A stretch of 29,466 nucleotides of DNA. It comes from a virus. Lineage: Duplodnaviria; Caudoviricetes. Location of the stretch: the IMG/VR virus record IMGVR_UViG_3300047457_000179, positions 1 through 29,466 of that record; one strand, given 5' to 3'. The translations under genes and the position numbers were made by a program. Shown here piece after piece: positions 15,367-25,167 of the stretch. The notes beneath the pieces are model-generated. The model did no database searches. It was not told where the DNA came from and saw only the letters and a list, made by a program, of their open reading frames with translations. How positions within the stretch are numbered: position 1 is the stretch's first letter; every line of letters starts with the position of its first letter.

Positions 15367-16332
15367 TTAGTTAACTGAGTTTACGATACCGTAGGTAACA
15401 ACATCCTCAACAGCTCCGTACTGAGCACCACCAACAAATCGCATGATCATTCTCACATTTTGTGAACCGTCGATGTCAGCCATGTCGATAACTTTAACCT
15501 CATTCAAGTCACTCAATACAGATGTACCGAAGAATAGGTTATCTACAGTTGTAGCAATTGCAGTGTTAGCAGCCAATCCTGGAGCCCAGAATATCTCGAT
15601 ACCATCAATGCTCAAAGCACCTTGGTTGTACCAAGTAGTTGACAATCCACCAACACCAGGAGCAGGAGCTACGTTACCTGTTACACCTGATACAGTAGAG
15701 AACCCACCCAATGCACGTACATAAGCCTTAGCAATGTTAGTGGATACATAGATGCGTAATCCTGGGTTACCATAAAGAGCAGCAGGGATAGCATCAACGA
15801 TTTTACCTAACTCAGTAACTACGTTAAGAGCAGTAACAGTTGTACCGGTTACCTCTTGAGCAGCAGGAAGAGCAGGGTCAAGGGCTACGATAGTAGAGAT
15901 ACCATCGAAAGAACCTTGAGTAGCAGTTGCACCTGTCCAGAAAGCAGTCTCAATGTTAGCAGCAACACGCTCAGCAACACGAGCAATCATGAAGTCAGCA
16001 AAAGATTTAGGCAATTCTTTGAAGTTAGAAAAACCTAACTCAGCAGCTTGCCAAGTTTGGAAGTAGTCAGCCTTACACAATTCAAGGTTAACTTGTAGGT
16101 CCTTAACAGTGATGAAACGCTCAGTAAGAGTAATGGTAGATGCATCAGTAAATGCACAAGTAGCATTTCTTACAAGGTTAGTGTCTGCTACCTTCTGTAA
16201 CAATTGCTTGTAACGTACATTAGGTAATACAGTAACTCCACCTTTTTCAATGGTAGGAGCAGATAAAAGAGATGCAGCAACATACTTGCCTGCAAACTCA
16301 CCAGCATAAGTGGTAGTAATCGAAGTAGCCAT
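15367..16332 (-). CDS. Major capsid protein
   Basis: 321 aa, downstream of protease and scaffold. Contains TTTYAGEFAGKY, LTERFITVKDLQVNLELCK and IDMADIDGSQNVR. Confidence 0.85.
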   Translation of the reverse strand: MATSITTTYAGEFAGKYVAASLLSAPTIEKGGVTVLPNVRYKQLLQKVADTNLVRNATCAFTDASTITLTERFITVKDLQVNLELCKADYFQTWQAAELGFSNFKELPKSFADFMIARVAERVAANIETAFWTGATATQGSFDGISTIVALDPALPAAQEVTGTTVTALNVVTELGKIVDAIPAALYGNPGLRIYVSTNIAKAYVRALGGFSTVSGVTGNVAPAPGVGGLSTTWYNQGALSIDGIEIFWAPGLAANTAIATTVDNLFFGTSVLSDLNEVKVIDMADIDGSQNVRMIMRFVGGAQYGAVEDVVTYGIVNSVN

Positions 16333-16338
16333 TTTTTG

Positions 16339-16932
16339 TTATTTGTTTAGTTTAGAAATTATACGATCAAATGTTGATACACCTGCACCTTGACCCCAAC
16401 TAAATTGAGTTTGTGCTTGCGGTTTCTCAGGGTTGTGAGCAATGGGCTTAGCAGCAGGCTCATCAACTACAGGAGCCTCTTCCATTACAGGCTGCTCGGA
16501 TAGTTGTGCCTTCAGTGCCTCATTCTCAGCTTTCAATTCTTCAATCTTAGAGAACAACATCTCTTCAATTGTAGACTTAATTACTTTTTTAGGAGCTACA
16601 GGGATAGCCTCATCAGCCATTTCCTCCTCTACCATTGGAGCCTCAGCCTCAGGAGCCTCTTCTACCTCGGGAGCTTCCTCCTCCATCTCTTTAATCTCTG
16701 CAATGATGCCCTCTTGAGCTACCACTAACATTCTCCCATCCTCCATTTGGTACTCACCAACAGGTAGAGCAACACGTTGCTCATCCTCAGTAACGATAAA
16801 GACCTCCATACCGGCCTCAAATGCATCAGCCTCAAGGATAGTAACCCCATCCATGAGCTTCATTGTAGCTAACTCTACCTTGTTCATGCCAAGGAGGGCA
16901 GCAATCCTGGTTAAAATTGTGTTTTCTTTCAT
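16339..16932 (-). CDS. Capsid scaffolding protein
   Basis: Acidic, with ALPVGEY..EDGR motif, a coiled coil and a C-terminal TFDRIISKL. Directly upstream of the MCP. Confidence 0.75.
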   Translation of the reverse strand: MKENTILTRIAALLGMNKVELATMKLMDGVTILEADAFEAGMEVFIVTEDEQRVALPVGEYQMEDGRMLVVAQEGIIAEIKEMEEEAPEVEEAPEAEAPMVEEEMADEAIPVAPKKVIKSTIEEMLFSKIEELKAENEALKAQLSEQPVMEEAPVVDEPAAKPIAHNPEKPQAQTQFSWGQGAGVSTFDRIISKLNK

Positions 16933-16944
16933 GATTTTTCTTTA

Positions 16945-16968
16945 ATAACTCAACTTAATTAACATTGT
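16945..16968 (-). promoter_or_regulatory. Putative late promoter ACAA-N12-TGAGTTAT
   Basis: Lies 12 nt upstream of the scaffold ATG. Confidence 0.75.
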
Positions 16969-16997
16969 ATACCTTTATGTAGGCAATTTATTGTAAA

Positions 16998-17147
16998 TCA
17001 AGGCTGTACTTTGCCTCCGATATTACCAATACCTTGTGCTTGCAGGGTACCATCACAGCACTTTGACCTGTATTTTCCATCCTTGCAGAGGCATCCACGC
17101 TTACCACCTTGTGGTGAGCTCTTAGTTTGTTCTTTTTGCTTACTCAT
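16998..17147 (-). CDS. 49-aa Cys-rich microprotein MSKQKEQTKSSPQGGKRGCLCKDGKYRSKCCDGTLQAQGIGNIGGKVQP
   Basis: Translated by hand. ATGA-coupled to the upstream micro-ORF, with a CxC-x8-CC motif. Confidence 0.7.
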   Translation of the reverse strand: MSKQKEQTKSSPQGGKRGCLCKDGKYRSKCCDGTLQAQGIGNIGGKVQP

Positions 17148-17287
17148 TTGCCTTGTCCTTTGTAAAGTTTAACATAATTCTTGGCACCCTTGCTCCGTGA
17201 TGCTCGGCACTTGGAGTGGATACCTGGTCTTTTTCTCTTTGGTTTCCTCACAAAGGAGATACCTGTGTTGCCCTTAGCCTTGCTCAT
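17144..17287 (-). CDS. 47-aa highly basic microprotein MSKAKGNTGISFVRKPKRKRPGIHSKCRASRSKGAKNYVKLYKGQGK
   Basis: Translated by hand. Overlaps the protease stop and contains no acidic residue. Confidence 0.7.
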   Translation of the reverse strand: MSKAKGNTGISFVRKPKRKRPGIHSKCRASRSKGAKNYVKLYKGQGK

Positions 17288-18182
17288 TGTCTATTTCATT
17301 GAGTTTAGACTTGGCCCACATCAATCCTGCCTTACCTCCCCATAGTAGGTAGCTGATATATCCGCAATCATTGCTATCCCCTTGGTTGTAGTACACCTCA
17401 GCTCTTGACAGGTAGCTGTACATTCTCTTAATGGTTTCAATGCTCACCTTCTCACCATTGGCTAACTGCTGAGCTCGTATCTTACCCACTTGAGTAGCAC
17501 ACTTGTTGCCATTCCTTTCATTCAGTGCAATACCTCTCTGTGCATTCCTTCTAACTACCGAAGGGTAGTCATTGTAGCTCTCATCTGCTAACTCCTTACC
17601 ACGTAGCACGTTCTTAATCTGCTCAATCAGGTACTCTCTTTCCTCCTCCATTGTTCTCATGGATGCAAGGTCTAACTTATCAGCGAAGTATCCCTCGATG
17701 CTGAAACCTTTTACCTCACCATCCTTGACCTTATTCCATACGCTGTCATTGTTTACCTTCATGCTTATCATCCACGTACCTTTAGGAAGGTCAAACCCAT
17801 AGATAGCACTCTTATCCTTGGCAGGGTCCTCAATCAACCAGGACTCAACCACGGTCATGCCATCAATTTCCTTCTCATGCTCATAGGTAGCATTGTTCTG
17901 CTTGCCATTCTTGAAGAACATTTCACTTGCTTTGCGTACTGTCTCCTCACTGAAGTAGATATAGAACTCACCGTGCTTATCATTCTTCCGGTATATCTGC
18001 TTGTTAGGTATCAAGGCAGGACCCATGAGGATCCTTTTCTCACCATCCACGGTTGCAAGCTCCATCTTTTGCTTGCTCAACTTGACAAAGTTTTCCTCAA
18101 TGGCAGGGTCCTCTACCACACTAACAGCATACACCCCTGTATCCTGGTCATTCTCATCCAATACTAATTCGATTATTTTCAT
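17274..18182 (-). CDS. XkdF-like prohead serine protease with an extra C-terminal domain
   Basis: AVSVVEDPAIE, GPALIPNKQIYR, VESWL, GTWM and VKGFSIEG. Confidence 0.85.
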   Translation of the reverse strand: MKIIELVLDENDQDTGVYAVSVVEDPAIEENFVKLSKQKMELATVDGEKRILMGPALIPNKQIYRKNDKHGEFYIYFSEETVRKASEMFFKNGKQNNATYEHEKEIDGMTVVESWLIEDPAKDKSAIYGFDLPKGTWMISMKVNNDSVWNKVKDGEVKGFSIEGYFADKLDLASMRTMEEEREYLIEQIKNVLRGKELADESYNDYPSVVRRNAQRGIALNERNGNKCATQVGKIRAQQLANGEKVSIETIKRMYSYLSRAEVYYNQGDSNDCGYISYLLWGGKAGLMWAKSKLNEIDNEQG

Positions 18183-20566
18183 AGCTGTCCTGTACTTATT
18201 CTATTTCTATCTAATGCCTGTTGAGTAGTTACCTCTGCACCTACCACGTATGCCTTGACGGGCTGTTGTTGTAGCTGTGCAAGTTGGTTGATACCATTGT
18301 TACCTACCACGTTGAAGTTAGGTGCTTGCATAGCTCCACCACCACCACCACCTGCAGAACCACCACTGCCACCTGTTGAAGATGGAGCATTCACTGAACC
18401 TCCTGCACCTATCTCCTTCAATGCCTTGGCTGTAGCTGCAATGTTAGCAGCAATACCAATACCTGTACTAATGTTGTTCAGTGCAATCACCGGAGCTGCA
18501 GCTGCACCACTGGTTGCAATGGCTTGAGGAGTAGCCAATGCACCGATGTTCGCAATGTTGTTAGCCTGTATCATCTTAGCAATACCAACAGCAGACTCCA
18601 CCAATACTGCACCCTTCTGCACTGCCTTGGACTTACCAAATACTTGCTTGAGTAAATCAACACCCTGCAGAGCTACATCCATACCTTGCTGTTGGAGTGC
18701 TTGCTTCTGCTCCATCTTAGCCTTCTCAGCGTTGAGGTCCTCAAGTCTTAGAGCCTGTATATCTGCATTGAGTTTCTTGGTGGCAGTCACACTGGCCATG
18801 TCATACTGCTCCTGTGTTATCTTACCCTCATCAAGTTTAGCGGCTAAATCTGCTACCTCTTGCTTGTATGCCAATTCACGGATGGCTTTCTGTTTGTCGA
18901 AGCCTGCCTGCATTGCAGCAATCTTGATATTCTCACCCTCAAAGAATGCAGCTAATTCAGCAGCATCGGCAGCCTTCATATCAGCCAATACCTTGGCATC
19001 ATGGTCATCCCGTATTTTTTGATACTTGGCATTGATAGCCTCCTCATCTTTCAACCGTTGTGCCTCATAGGTAGCAATGAGTGCACGGTCAGTATCGTTG
19101 AGCTCTTTCTTATTTTTCTTGAGGTCCTCAATGAGGATGTCATACTTAAACTTGTTCTGCTCAATCTCCCTCTGTTGATCATCTTTAATTAGCTTGAGCT
19201 CCTCCTCCCTTAGTTTACGCTTGGCAGCTGCCTCCTCTTCTTGTTGCTTGAGCAATGCATCTGCTTCACTCTCTGCATTTTTCTTACGGGTTTCTGCTGC
19301 ATTTTTATCTATCTCCTGGAGAGCTATCTCAGCATCCAATACCTGCCCCCTAAATTGGTCTAACTTAGCCTTGGCCTCATCAATAGTCTTATCCCCTTCC
19401 GCTTTTACACTCTCAGGGTTAAAGATAAGTTTAGCAAGTCCCTCGGATGCATACTCATTGAACTTAGATATTTCTTTGTTGATGTTGAAGGTAGTAACCT
19501 TACCAAACCCAAGGGCCTCACTGAGTGAGTTAACTGCTGTGGTAGCTGTATCAATCGGCAATGCCAATAGTCTTAGAGTCGAGGTACCTAACTCCAAACC
19601 AACACGGGCAACATTCTTAAGGATACCGAGGTTTCTCTTCTCACCCTCTATCTCCATTTTCTTACGTACCTCCATATCAGCAATGTACTGCTCCTGTGCA
19701 AGTACTGCCTTTTTCAACCTGTCAAGCCTTAGCAGGTTAATCTCTTTCTCACTCTTTCCGGCTAACTTCAAAGCCTTGGCTTCCAGGTCAAATGACTGCA
19801 CGCTCTTCTCAGCTAATTCAGCCCTTTTCTTATCCTGTTCAATCAGGTTATTATGTTCCTTGGATACACCACTAACAGCGGCCTTGATGTCATCCCAATA
19901 GGCAACAATCAAACCGAGTGCAACCACCAAGGCACCAATACCTGTGGCAGCCATTGCACCCTTGATGCCATTGAAAGCAGTCTTACCACTCACACCTACC
20001 GCCTTGTAGCTTGCTGCCGCTTGACCATTGGCTGCAACCTGTGCCTCCGTAGCTACAACATTAGCACTTTGAGCTGCAGCATTGGCTGTGGTAGATGCTG
20101 TATCTGTATCCTTAACTACCTTGAGAATACCTAACTTAACAGCTAAATCCTTGACCTGTGCACCTACATTCTTAAAGCTATCTCTTGCCTCACCAAGTGC
20201 GTTGAGTCCTGATGTAATGGCCATAGCACTCTGTACCTTGAGCATTGCTCTTTGTACATCTTCACTCTCAGTGCCGAGCAATCCCATGGCTCCGGTAACA
20301 GCAGAGAACCCACCTGCCACACCTGTTAGTGCAGCACCGAAAGCCTTGAACTTAGCATCGGGGTTGTAGGCATCAGTCAAGGCCTTAGCATCACCAATCC
20401 TATCCTTGAGGTCTGCTGCTCTCTTGGCTGCCTCCTTAGCTTGTACGGATGTTGCACCATACTTATCAGCCAAGGCTTGCACTTCCATCTGTGCCTCCTT
20501 GAGCTGTGCCTTAAGGCTCTTAGTGTTGTCCTTGACCTCTAAATTTACTACCCTTGTTTCTGCCAT
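18179..20566 (-). CDS. Tail tape measure protein
   Basis: 795 aa, Ala/Lys/Glu-rich helical protein with hydrophobic segments (ATGIGALVVALG) and C-terminal PVKAYVVGAEVTTQQ. Confidence 0.85.
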   Translation of the reverse strand: MAETRVVNLEVKDNTKSLKAQLKEAQMEVQALADKYGATSVQAKEAAKRAADLKDRIGDAKALTDAYNPDAKFKAFGAALTGVAGGFSAVTGAMGLLGTESEDVQRAMLKVQSAMAITSGLNALGEARDSFKNVGAQVKDLAVKLGILKVVKDTDTASTTANAAAQSANVVATEAQVAANGQAAASYKAVGVSGKTAFNGIKGAMAATGIGALVVALGLIVAYWDDIKAAVSGVSKEHNNLIEQDKKRAELAEKSVQSFDLEAKALKLAGKSEKEINLLRLDRLKKAVLAQEQYIADMEVRKKMEIEGEKRNLGILKNVARVGLELGTSTLRLLALPIDTATTAVNSLSEALGFGKVTTFNINKEISKFNEYASEGLAKLIFNPESVKAEGDKTIDEAKAKLDQFRGQVLDAEIALQEIDKNAAETRKKNAESEADALLKQQEEEAAAKRKLREEELKLIKDDQQREIEQNKFKYDILIEDLKKNKKELNDTDRALIATYEAQRLKDEEAINAKYQKIRDDHDAKVLADMKAADAAELAAFFEGENIKIAAMQAGFDKQKAIRELAYKQEVADLAAKLDEGKITQEQYDMASVTATKKLNADIQALRLEDLNAEKAKMEQKQALQQQGMDVALQGVDLLKQVFGKSKAVQKGAVLVESAVGIAKMIQANNIANIGALATPQAIATSGAAAAPVIALNNISTGIGIAANIAATAKALKEIGAGGSVNAPSSTGGSGGSAGGGGGGAMQAPNFNVVGNNGINQLAQLQQQPVKAYVVGAEVTTQQALDRNRISTGQL

Positions 20567-20727
20567 TGTCTCTTAGCTCTGTTCATATATAACTCACGCA
20601 TGGCTTGTTTGTACACCCTCTTAGTGGTGTTGTTGAGTTGGTACTTACCCTTGGCTAATTCAATGAGCTCACTCTTACCAAGGTGATCAGTGAGGCTCAG
20701 CATTTTTACTAAATTTTGTATTATCAT
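20548..20727 (-). CDS. 59-aa hypothetical protein MIIQNLVKMLSLTDHLGKSELIELAKGKY...
   Basis: Translated by hand. ATGA overlap with the upstream tail gene, and it overlaps the TMP start. Confidence 0.7.
   Translation of the reverse strand: MIIQNLVKMLSLTDHLGKSELIELAKGKYQLNNTTKRVYKQAMRELYMNRAKRQWQKQG
20589..20612 (-). promoter_or_regulatory. Putative late promoter ACAA-N12-TGAGTTAT (intragenic, upstream of TMP)
   Basis: Same motif and spacing as the other copies, 22 nt before the TMP ATG. Confidence 0.65.
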
Positions 20728-22817
20728 TCTTCTGGTGTTGGGTCGGGTGGTATGTTGTCAGGGCCAACAGGCATGAAGTCATTGAGTAGCCTCAACGTAG
20801 CTTGTCCTGTGGTTAGGTTAGTTTGCATATCATTGATGATATACCGCTTGTCTCGTATCACTACCCTGTCATTGAGCCTAAGTGTAGACAGGATGCTGAG
20901 TGGTAGTACTGCCTTAACAGTGGTTATCCTGTTCTTAAGGTTGTATAGATTGTACAAATACTGAAAGTAGTAAGTGGCAAATACTCCCTGCTGTATGGCA
21001 TACCTATGGTAGGTACTTGTCTCCGCTGAAAAATTCAAGGAGTACTGTATACTTGTTGTGCTGTTGGTGTAGTCCTGTCCAAACATTACATATTGATCAT
21101 CAGCAGATGCACTGCTCACCCCATCCTTGAACTTTATAGTATGAGGCAATCCTGTCACCAATCCATACCGGTACAGGATGCATGGCTTGGGTACGTATGG
21201 AGCAAGGGCATTGTTCAGTGAGAACCCTACCTGCAAACCTGTTGATACACCTGCATGATCGTATTGGTTAAACATGAGGTTCTCAAATGGCACCTGGATA
21301 TTGTACTCACCACCATCGTAGGGGTAAAGGTGCTCGGTATCTCCGTATTCCTTCTGCCATTGTTGGAGGTAGTACTTATTCATAGTACTCTCACTCTGTT
21401 GGTACTTAAATGATATCTTTCTGTATAGTGGTACCTTGGCTATCTCAAAGGAGTCAAAGTCAGTAGCTGTGGTAATGTCATATATCCTACCGTATGCATA
21501 CCAATCAAGCAATGGCTCAACCGTATACTCATTATCTCCTGTATTCTCCACCACCATGTTGAACTCCTTGAGGATACCACTAAAGAAATCAGCTACCTTC
21601 ATATCAGGTGCAAAGGTCTCAAGGTTAATATCCTGGACTAAGTTTTGAGTCACACAAGAGTACTCGCTATAGCTGTTGGTAGAACCATTTAGGAAGGTAT
21701 ATTTAACCTGCATATCAATGTTCAAAGCAGCATCAGCACGCACCTTAAATAGTATTGTATCATTCAACCCTGCCACATTCGGATGCACATATACCGTAGT
21801 GTAGCCTGCATTGCCATTTAAGTCTCCACCAATACCTGTGTAAGTATTTGCAAAGGCACCATTGATATATCTATCTATGTAATAGGTTACCGCACCAGAG
21901 CTAACACTTGTAATATCAATGGTAATATAGTGATAACTGTTAACAAGAAAACCAGGTTGATATACAGTGTTGATGCTATTCTGCCCTAAGTCTACATACA
22001 GTGACGTATCAATGTCAAGGGTTACGTTGTTAATCAATGCATCGAAATCAATATACTTGGCAGGGGTACTTATCTGCACATCATTCCTATTCTTATACCA
22101 CAGGTAGGCTGCCATCCATTGCTCAGTGCTGAAAAAATTACTATTGAACGTGATACCGTACTTGGTGGCTATCATGTTTACAATAGCATTCAGCCTCACA
22201 GCAGGGAAGAGCTCAGTCAATACGTTGATAGCACCACCTACGGTGTGGATGTTGTTGTTGGTAGATACACCTGTTAACCAATTCGGAGGTATGAAGTACG
22301 CACTATTTCCGTTGTACTCCCACAGCCTATTGGAGCTGATGAGTGGGTATTGTACATCCCCTGTAATTGCACCCGTTATCCTGCCATGTACCTCAGTCCA
22401 ATCATATTGATGGCTGATACCTGAGTGGTCCAAGTCTTGTAGTCTATCTTCACCAAATAGGTCCTTGAGTGTTACGAGCTTGCCATAGAACGTAATGGTG
22501 TAGCTCTTTATTTTACCCTTCTCAACATTCGCCTTGTCTAATTGTATCCTACCCTTTTTGAAGGTAGTTAGATCTATCTCAATGAAGCCATCCCTCCGAA
22601 GTCCATGGTCAATGGTACTATCCACATCCGTCTCATAGAAGTGCTGAAAAATTTGATTATTCCTTGCAGTACCAGGTACGGTAAAACTCTGTGATATATC
22701 AGTGTTGCTCTTGCTGATATCATACACATTCTGCACACTGGATGATACCTGTATTGTCTCATCATCGAAGAGGTCAAGCTCTTGCCCCTCAATGTATACC
22801 TTTACTGCTCTCTTCAT
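20724..22817 (-). CDS. Tail tip/baseplate hub-like structural protein
   Basis: 697 aa. LDLFDDETI...DISK...SQSFTVP N-terminus and LRLNDRVVIRDKRYIIN C-terminus. Confidence 0.75.
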   Translation of the reverse strand: MKRAVKVYIEGQELDLFDDETIQVSSSVQNVYDISKSNTDISQSFTVPGTARNNQIFQHFYETDVDSTIDHGLRRDGFIEIDLTTFKKGRIQLDKANVEKGKIKSYTITFYGKLVTLKDLFGEDRLQDLDHSGISHQYDWTEVHGRITGAITGDVQYPLISSNRLWEYNGNSAYFIPPNWLTGVSTNNNIHTVGGAINVLTELFPAVRLNAIVNMIATKYGITFNSNFFSTEQWMAAYLWYKNRNDVQISTPAKYIDFDALINNVTLDIDTSLYVDLGQNSINTVYQPGFLVNSYHYITIDITSVSSGAVTYYIDRYINGAFANTYTGIGGDLNGNAGYTTVYVHPNVAGLNDTILFKVRADAALNIDMQVKYTFLNGSTNSYSEYSCVTQNLVQDINLETFAPDMKVADFFSGILKEFNMVVENTGDNEYTVEPLLDWYAYGRIYDITTATDFDSFEIAKVPLYRKISFKYQQSESTMNKYYLQQWQKEYGDTEHLYPYDGGEYNIQVPFENLMFNQYDHAGVSTGLQVGFSLNNALAPYVPKPCILYRYGLVTGLPHTIKFKDGVSSASADDQYVMFGQDYTNSTTSIQYSLNFSAETSTYHRYAIQQGVFATYYFQYLYNLYNLKNRITTVKAVLPLSILSTLRLNDRVVIRDKRYIINDMQTNLTTGQATLRLLNDFMPVGPDNIPPDPTPEE

Positions 22818-23902
22818 TACACTATGCTATGGATAACGTCATAAGCTAACTCAATTTCAATGGAGTAGTTGATGGTCTTGTTGTTGATATTCTTCTGCTT
22901 GTTGATGCTCTTGGTGTTCACCTTGACAGGTAGGGTTTGACTGCCTGACTGCCAAATCACACGCTCACTGAGTAGGAGCTCCTGCATGGTCTCACCATAG
23001 CTCTCATCCACCCATCCTGTGTTCATGGTGTACTTGCGTATCCCGTTGTTATTCATGACGTGCCTCTGCCCCTCACTTATTAAGGTAGGAACCACCTGTG
23101 ATGGCATCAGGTTGTATGTTGTGCTGTTCACTTCTAACTGCTCATAGGATGCCTTGTAAAAGAACTCCCTCTGCCATCCACCAAACTTGTTTACAAAGTC
23201 AATGGTCATAGGTGTATATCGGCACTCCGTCTTAGGGTAGAAGTACCCCTGCCATTGTAGTACGTTGAGGTTGTCAAATATCTGAAGGGTGTTGCCTGTT
23301 CCGTAGTTGCCCTCATGCACTCGCTTGATGTCATACACCCCATCAGCTGTAAATGTGTAGGTAACAGGAGAACCACCACCAAAGGGGATGTGAGTATAGT
23401 ACCAGAACCGCTTTACCTTGGCAGTCACCACACCTGCACGGTGGGCAGGGGTACTGCTCGGAGTGTTCGTGCTGTCATCCCAATAGTAATGTGAGGTACC
23501 ATTGCCAAGGAGTATGTTGCCCCGGTCAATGTTCACCCCCTCCTCATAGTATCCATACCCATCAAAGGCTGTATCTGTTACCGTATTCTGCAGAACATAA
23601 GATGCACCAATGAGGCTGTATGTCCTGTACTGCAGAAATACGTACTCATATTGGTCCGTGATAAATTGGTTGGTGCTGTAGTTGTTACCGGTGAACTTAT
23701 GCAACATGAACTCCCTAAGATAGGGGCTGATGTTGTAGGCAGTATCGGTGTTATTGCTTGCAGGTATATTCTTGCTCAAGGTATAGGTAGGTGTCAAAGG
23801 CTGTGAGCCTGTGTAGTACCATATATCAATCTCAATCTTACTACCTGACTGCAGTGCATTGTTAACCTGCACCACATGGGGGCTACGTGCGTTTATTGGC
23901 AT
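22817..23902 (-). CDS. Tail structural protein (distal-tail-like)
   Basis: INARSP, DGYGYYEEG, FVNKFGGWQ and NTGWV...ELLLSERV. Confidence 0.7.
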   Translation of the reverse strand: MPINARSPHVVQVNNALQSGSKIEIDIWYYTGSQPLTPTYTLSKNIPASNNTDTAYNISPYLREFMLHKFTGNNYSTNQFITDQYEYVFLQYRTYSLIGASYVLQNTVTDTAFDGYGYYEEGVNIDRGNILLGNGTSHYYWDDSTNTPSSTPAHRAGVVTAKVKRFWYYTHIPFGGGSPVTYTFTADGVYDIKRVHEGNYGTGNTLQIFDNLNVLQWQGYFYPKTECRYTPMTIDFVNKFGGWQREFFYKASYEQLEVNSTTYNLMPSQVVPTLISEGQRHVMNNNGIRKYTMNTGWVDESYGETMQELLLSERVIWQSGSQTLPVKVNTKSINKQKNINNKTINYSIEIELAYDVIHSIV

Positions 23903-24440
23903 TTACTCTATTTATTATGTCATCTAATGCTTGGGTTGTTAGCTTCTCGGCATCCAAACCGTACTTACTTATTAACTCATCTGGTAGCTTTTTGTATGCC
24001 CCCTCCAAAGCCTTAGTGAAAAACAAGCTCGGTTTGATACCTTTGTAATATATACTGCGAGCAATTAGGAATTGAATTGATTTCGCAAACCCTACCGATT
24101 TAATACTACGCCCCGAAAATTTACCATTATTTCGTGGAGCTATCCCTCTTTGAACTATCCATTTATCCAGTTTACTCGGAGGGGGCATTAAACTTTTATA
24201 GCTAAATGGGGTGTTATACTTTTGCTTTACACCACTTACTCCCTTATCCTGGAAAGCACCATACTTCTCCATGTCAAAGTAGATACCAATGCTGTTAGGC
24301 ATTGCCTTCACCTCAGCATCAATGGACCTGTACAGCTTACCGCTTGCATTCTTACCCATACGGGTGAGGTTAGCTCGGGCCTGCTTGACCACATTATCCC
24401 TAAACTTTTTGAGCTCCTTGTATGTCTCCTGTTGGTCCAT
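23883..24440 (-). CDS. Putative neck/tail completion protein
   Basis: Basic protein with ASGKLYRSI, YGAFQDKGV and IARSIYYKGIKPSLFFTK. Confidence 0.65.
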   Translation of the reverse strand: MDQQETYKELKKFRDNVVKQARANLTRMGKNASGKLYRSIDAEVKAMPNSIGIYFDMEKYGAFQDKGVSGVKQKYNTPFSYKSLMPPPSKLDKWIVQRGIAPRNNGKFSGRSIKSVGFAKSIQFLIARSIYYKGIKPSLFFTKALEGAYKKLPDELISKYGLDAEKLTTQALDDIINRVNANKRT

Positions 24441-24895
24441 TAGCAGATGGTCATATCATTAGGGCAGATGATATCCAATGTCATGGCCCATCCTACCAGG
24501 TCATTCTCAAACCTCTCACTAAAAGGCTCACAGCTCGGGGTATTCTCCACATGGAAGTTAAGGTCATGCAGAGCACCATGCAGTAGCATTTGATATGCTC
24601 GGTTGAGTATCTGCAGGGTGCTGTTAAGTGCATCATTGGTGTTGTCCTTGGTCTCCCATTTGGTGTCATCCTCCACCTTTACCTTATCCACAATGTCCAT
24701 GCAGAAGATAGTCAAGGTGAACCGTTGGATGTTGGACTCAAACTGTGCCTGTGTTACCATGGTGTGGACCAATGGGAAGATGGTCTGCTTGGCAACATCC
24801 ACATCAAAGATATCACCATTGGTTACGGTGTTAACCAAGGCATCTGCATCGAAATGATCCTTGAGTGCTTTTACAAGTGTATAGTATCCTGTCAT
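24440..24895 (-). CDS. Putative tail terminator-like protein
   Basis: 151 aa, acidic, with TIFPLVH and CEPFSERFENDLVGW. Confidence 0.6.
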   Translation of the reverse strand: MTGYYTLVKALKDHFDADALVNTVTNGDIFDVDVAKQTIFPLVHTMVTQAQFESNIQRFTLTIFCMDIVDKVKVEDDTKWETKDNTNDALNSTLQILNRAYQMLLHGALHDLNFHVENTPSCEPFSERFENDLVGWAMTLDIICPNDMTIC

Positions 24896-25167
24896 TTTAT
24901 TTTATTTATTCGTTGTATTTCTCTTTGCTCAATTTCCGTTTTTTGTTTTTCGAAGGTGAGATAGGTGAGACATTTATGTAGTCCATAGCCGGTAACTTCA
25001 TCATACTTGGATATATCTCCCTTAGCCACTGCATAGATTGAAGAATACCATCCCCATTGTTTGTTGAATTGGCCCCTCTCCGAGAAGTCCTCTTTGTCCC
25101 TATCATCTTCACCTCCATCTCCAAAAAGGACAGGGTACTGTCTAACAATACGCTCCCTAAATCGTAA
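24892..25167 (-). CDS. -1 frameshift extension of the chaperone (LRFRERIVRQYPVLF...KQWGWYSSIYAVAKGDI...INKIK)
   Basis: 91 open codons with no ATG, beginning at the T9 run. The stop overlaps the next gene's ATG (ATGA). Confidence 0.75.
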   Translation of the reverse strand, partial: LRFRERIVRQYPVLFGDGGEDDRDKEDFSERGQFNKQWGWYSSIYAVAKGDISKYDEVTGYGLHKCLTYLTFEKQKTEIEQREIQRINKIK

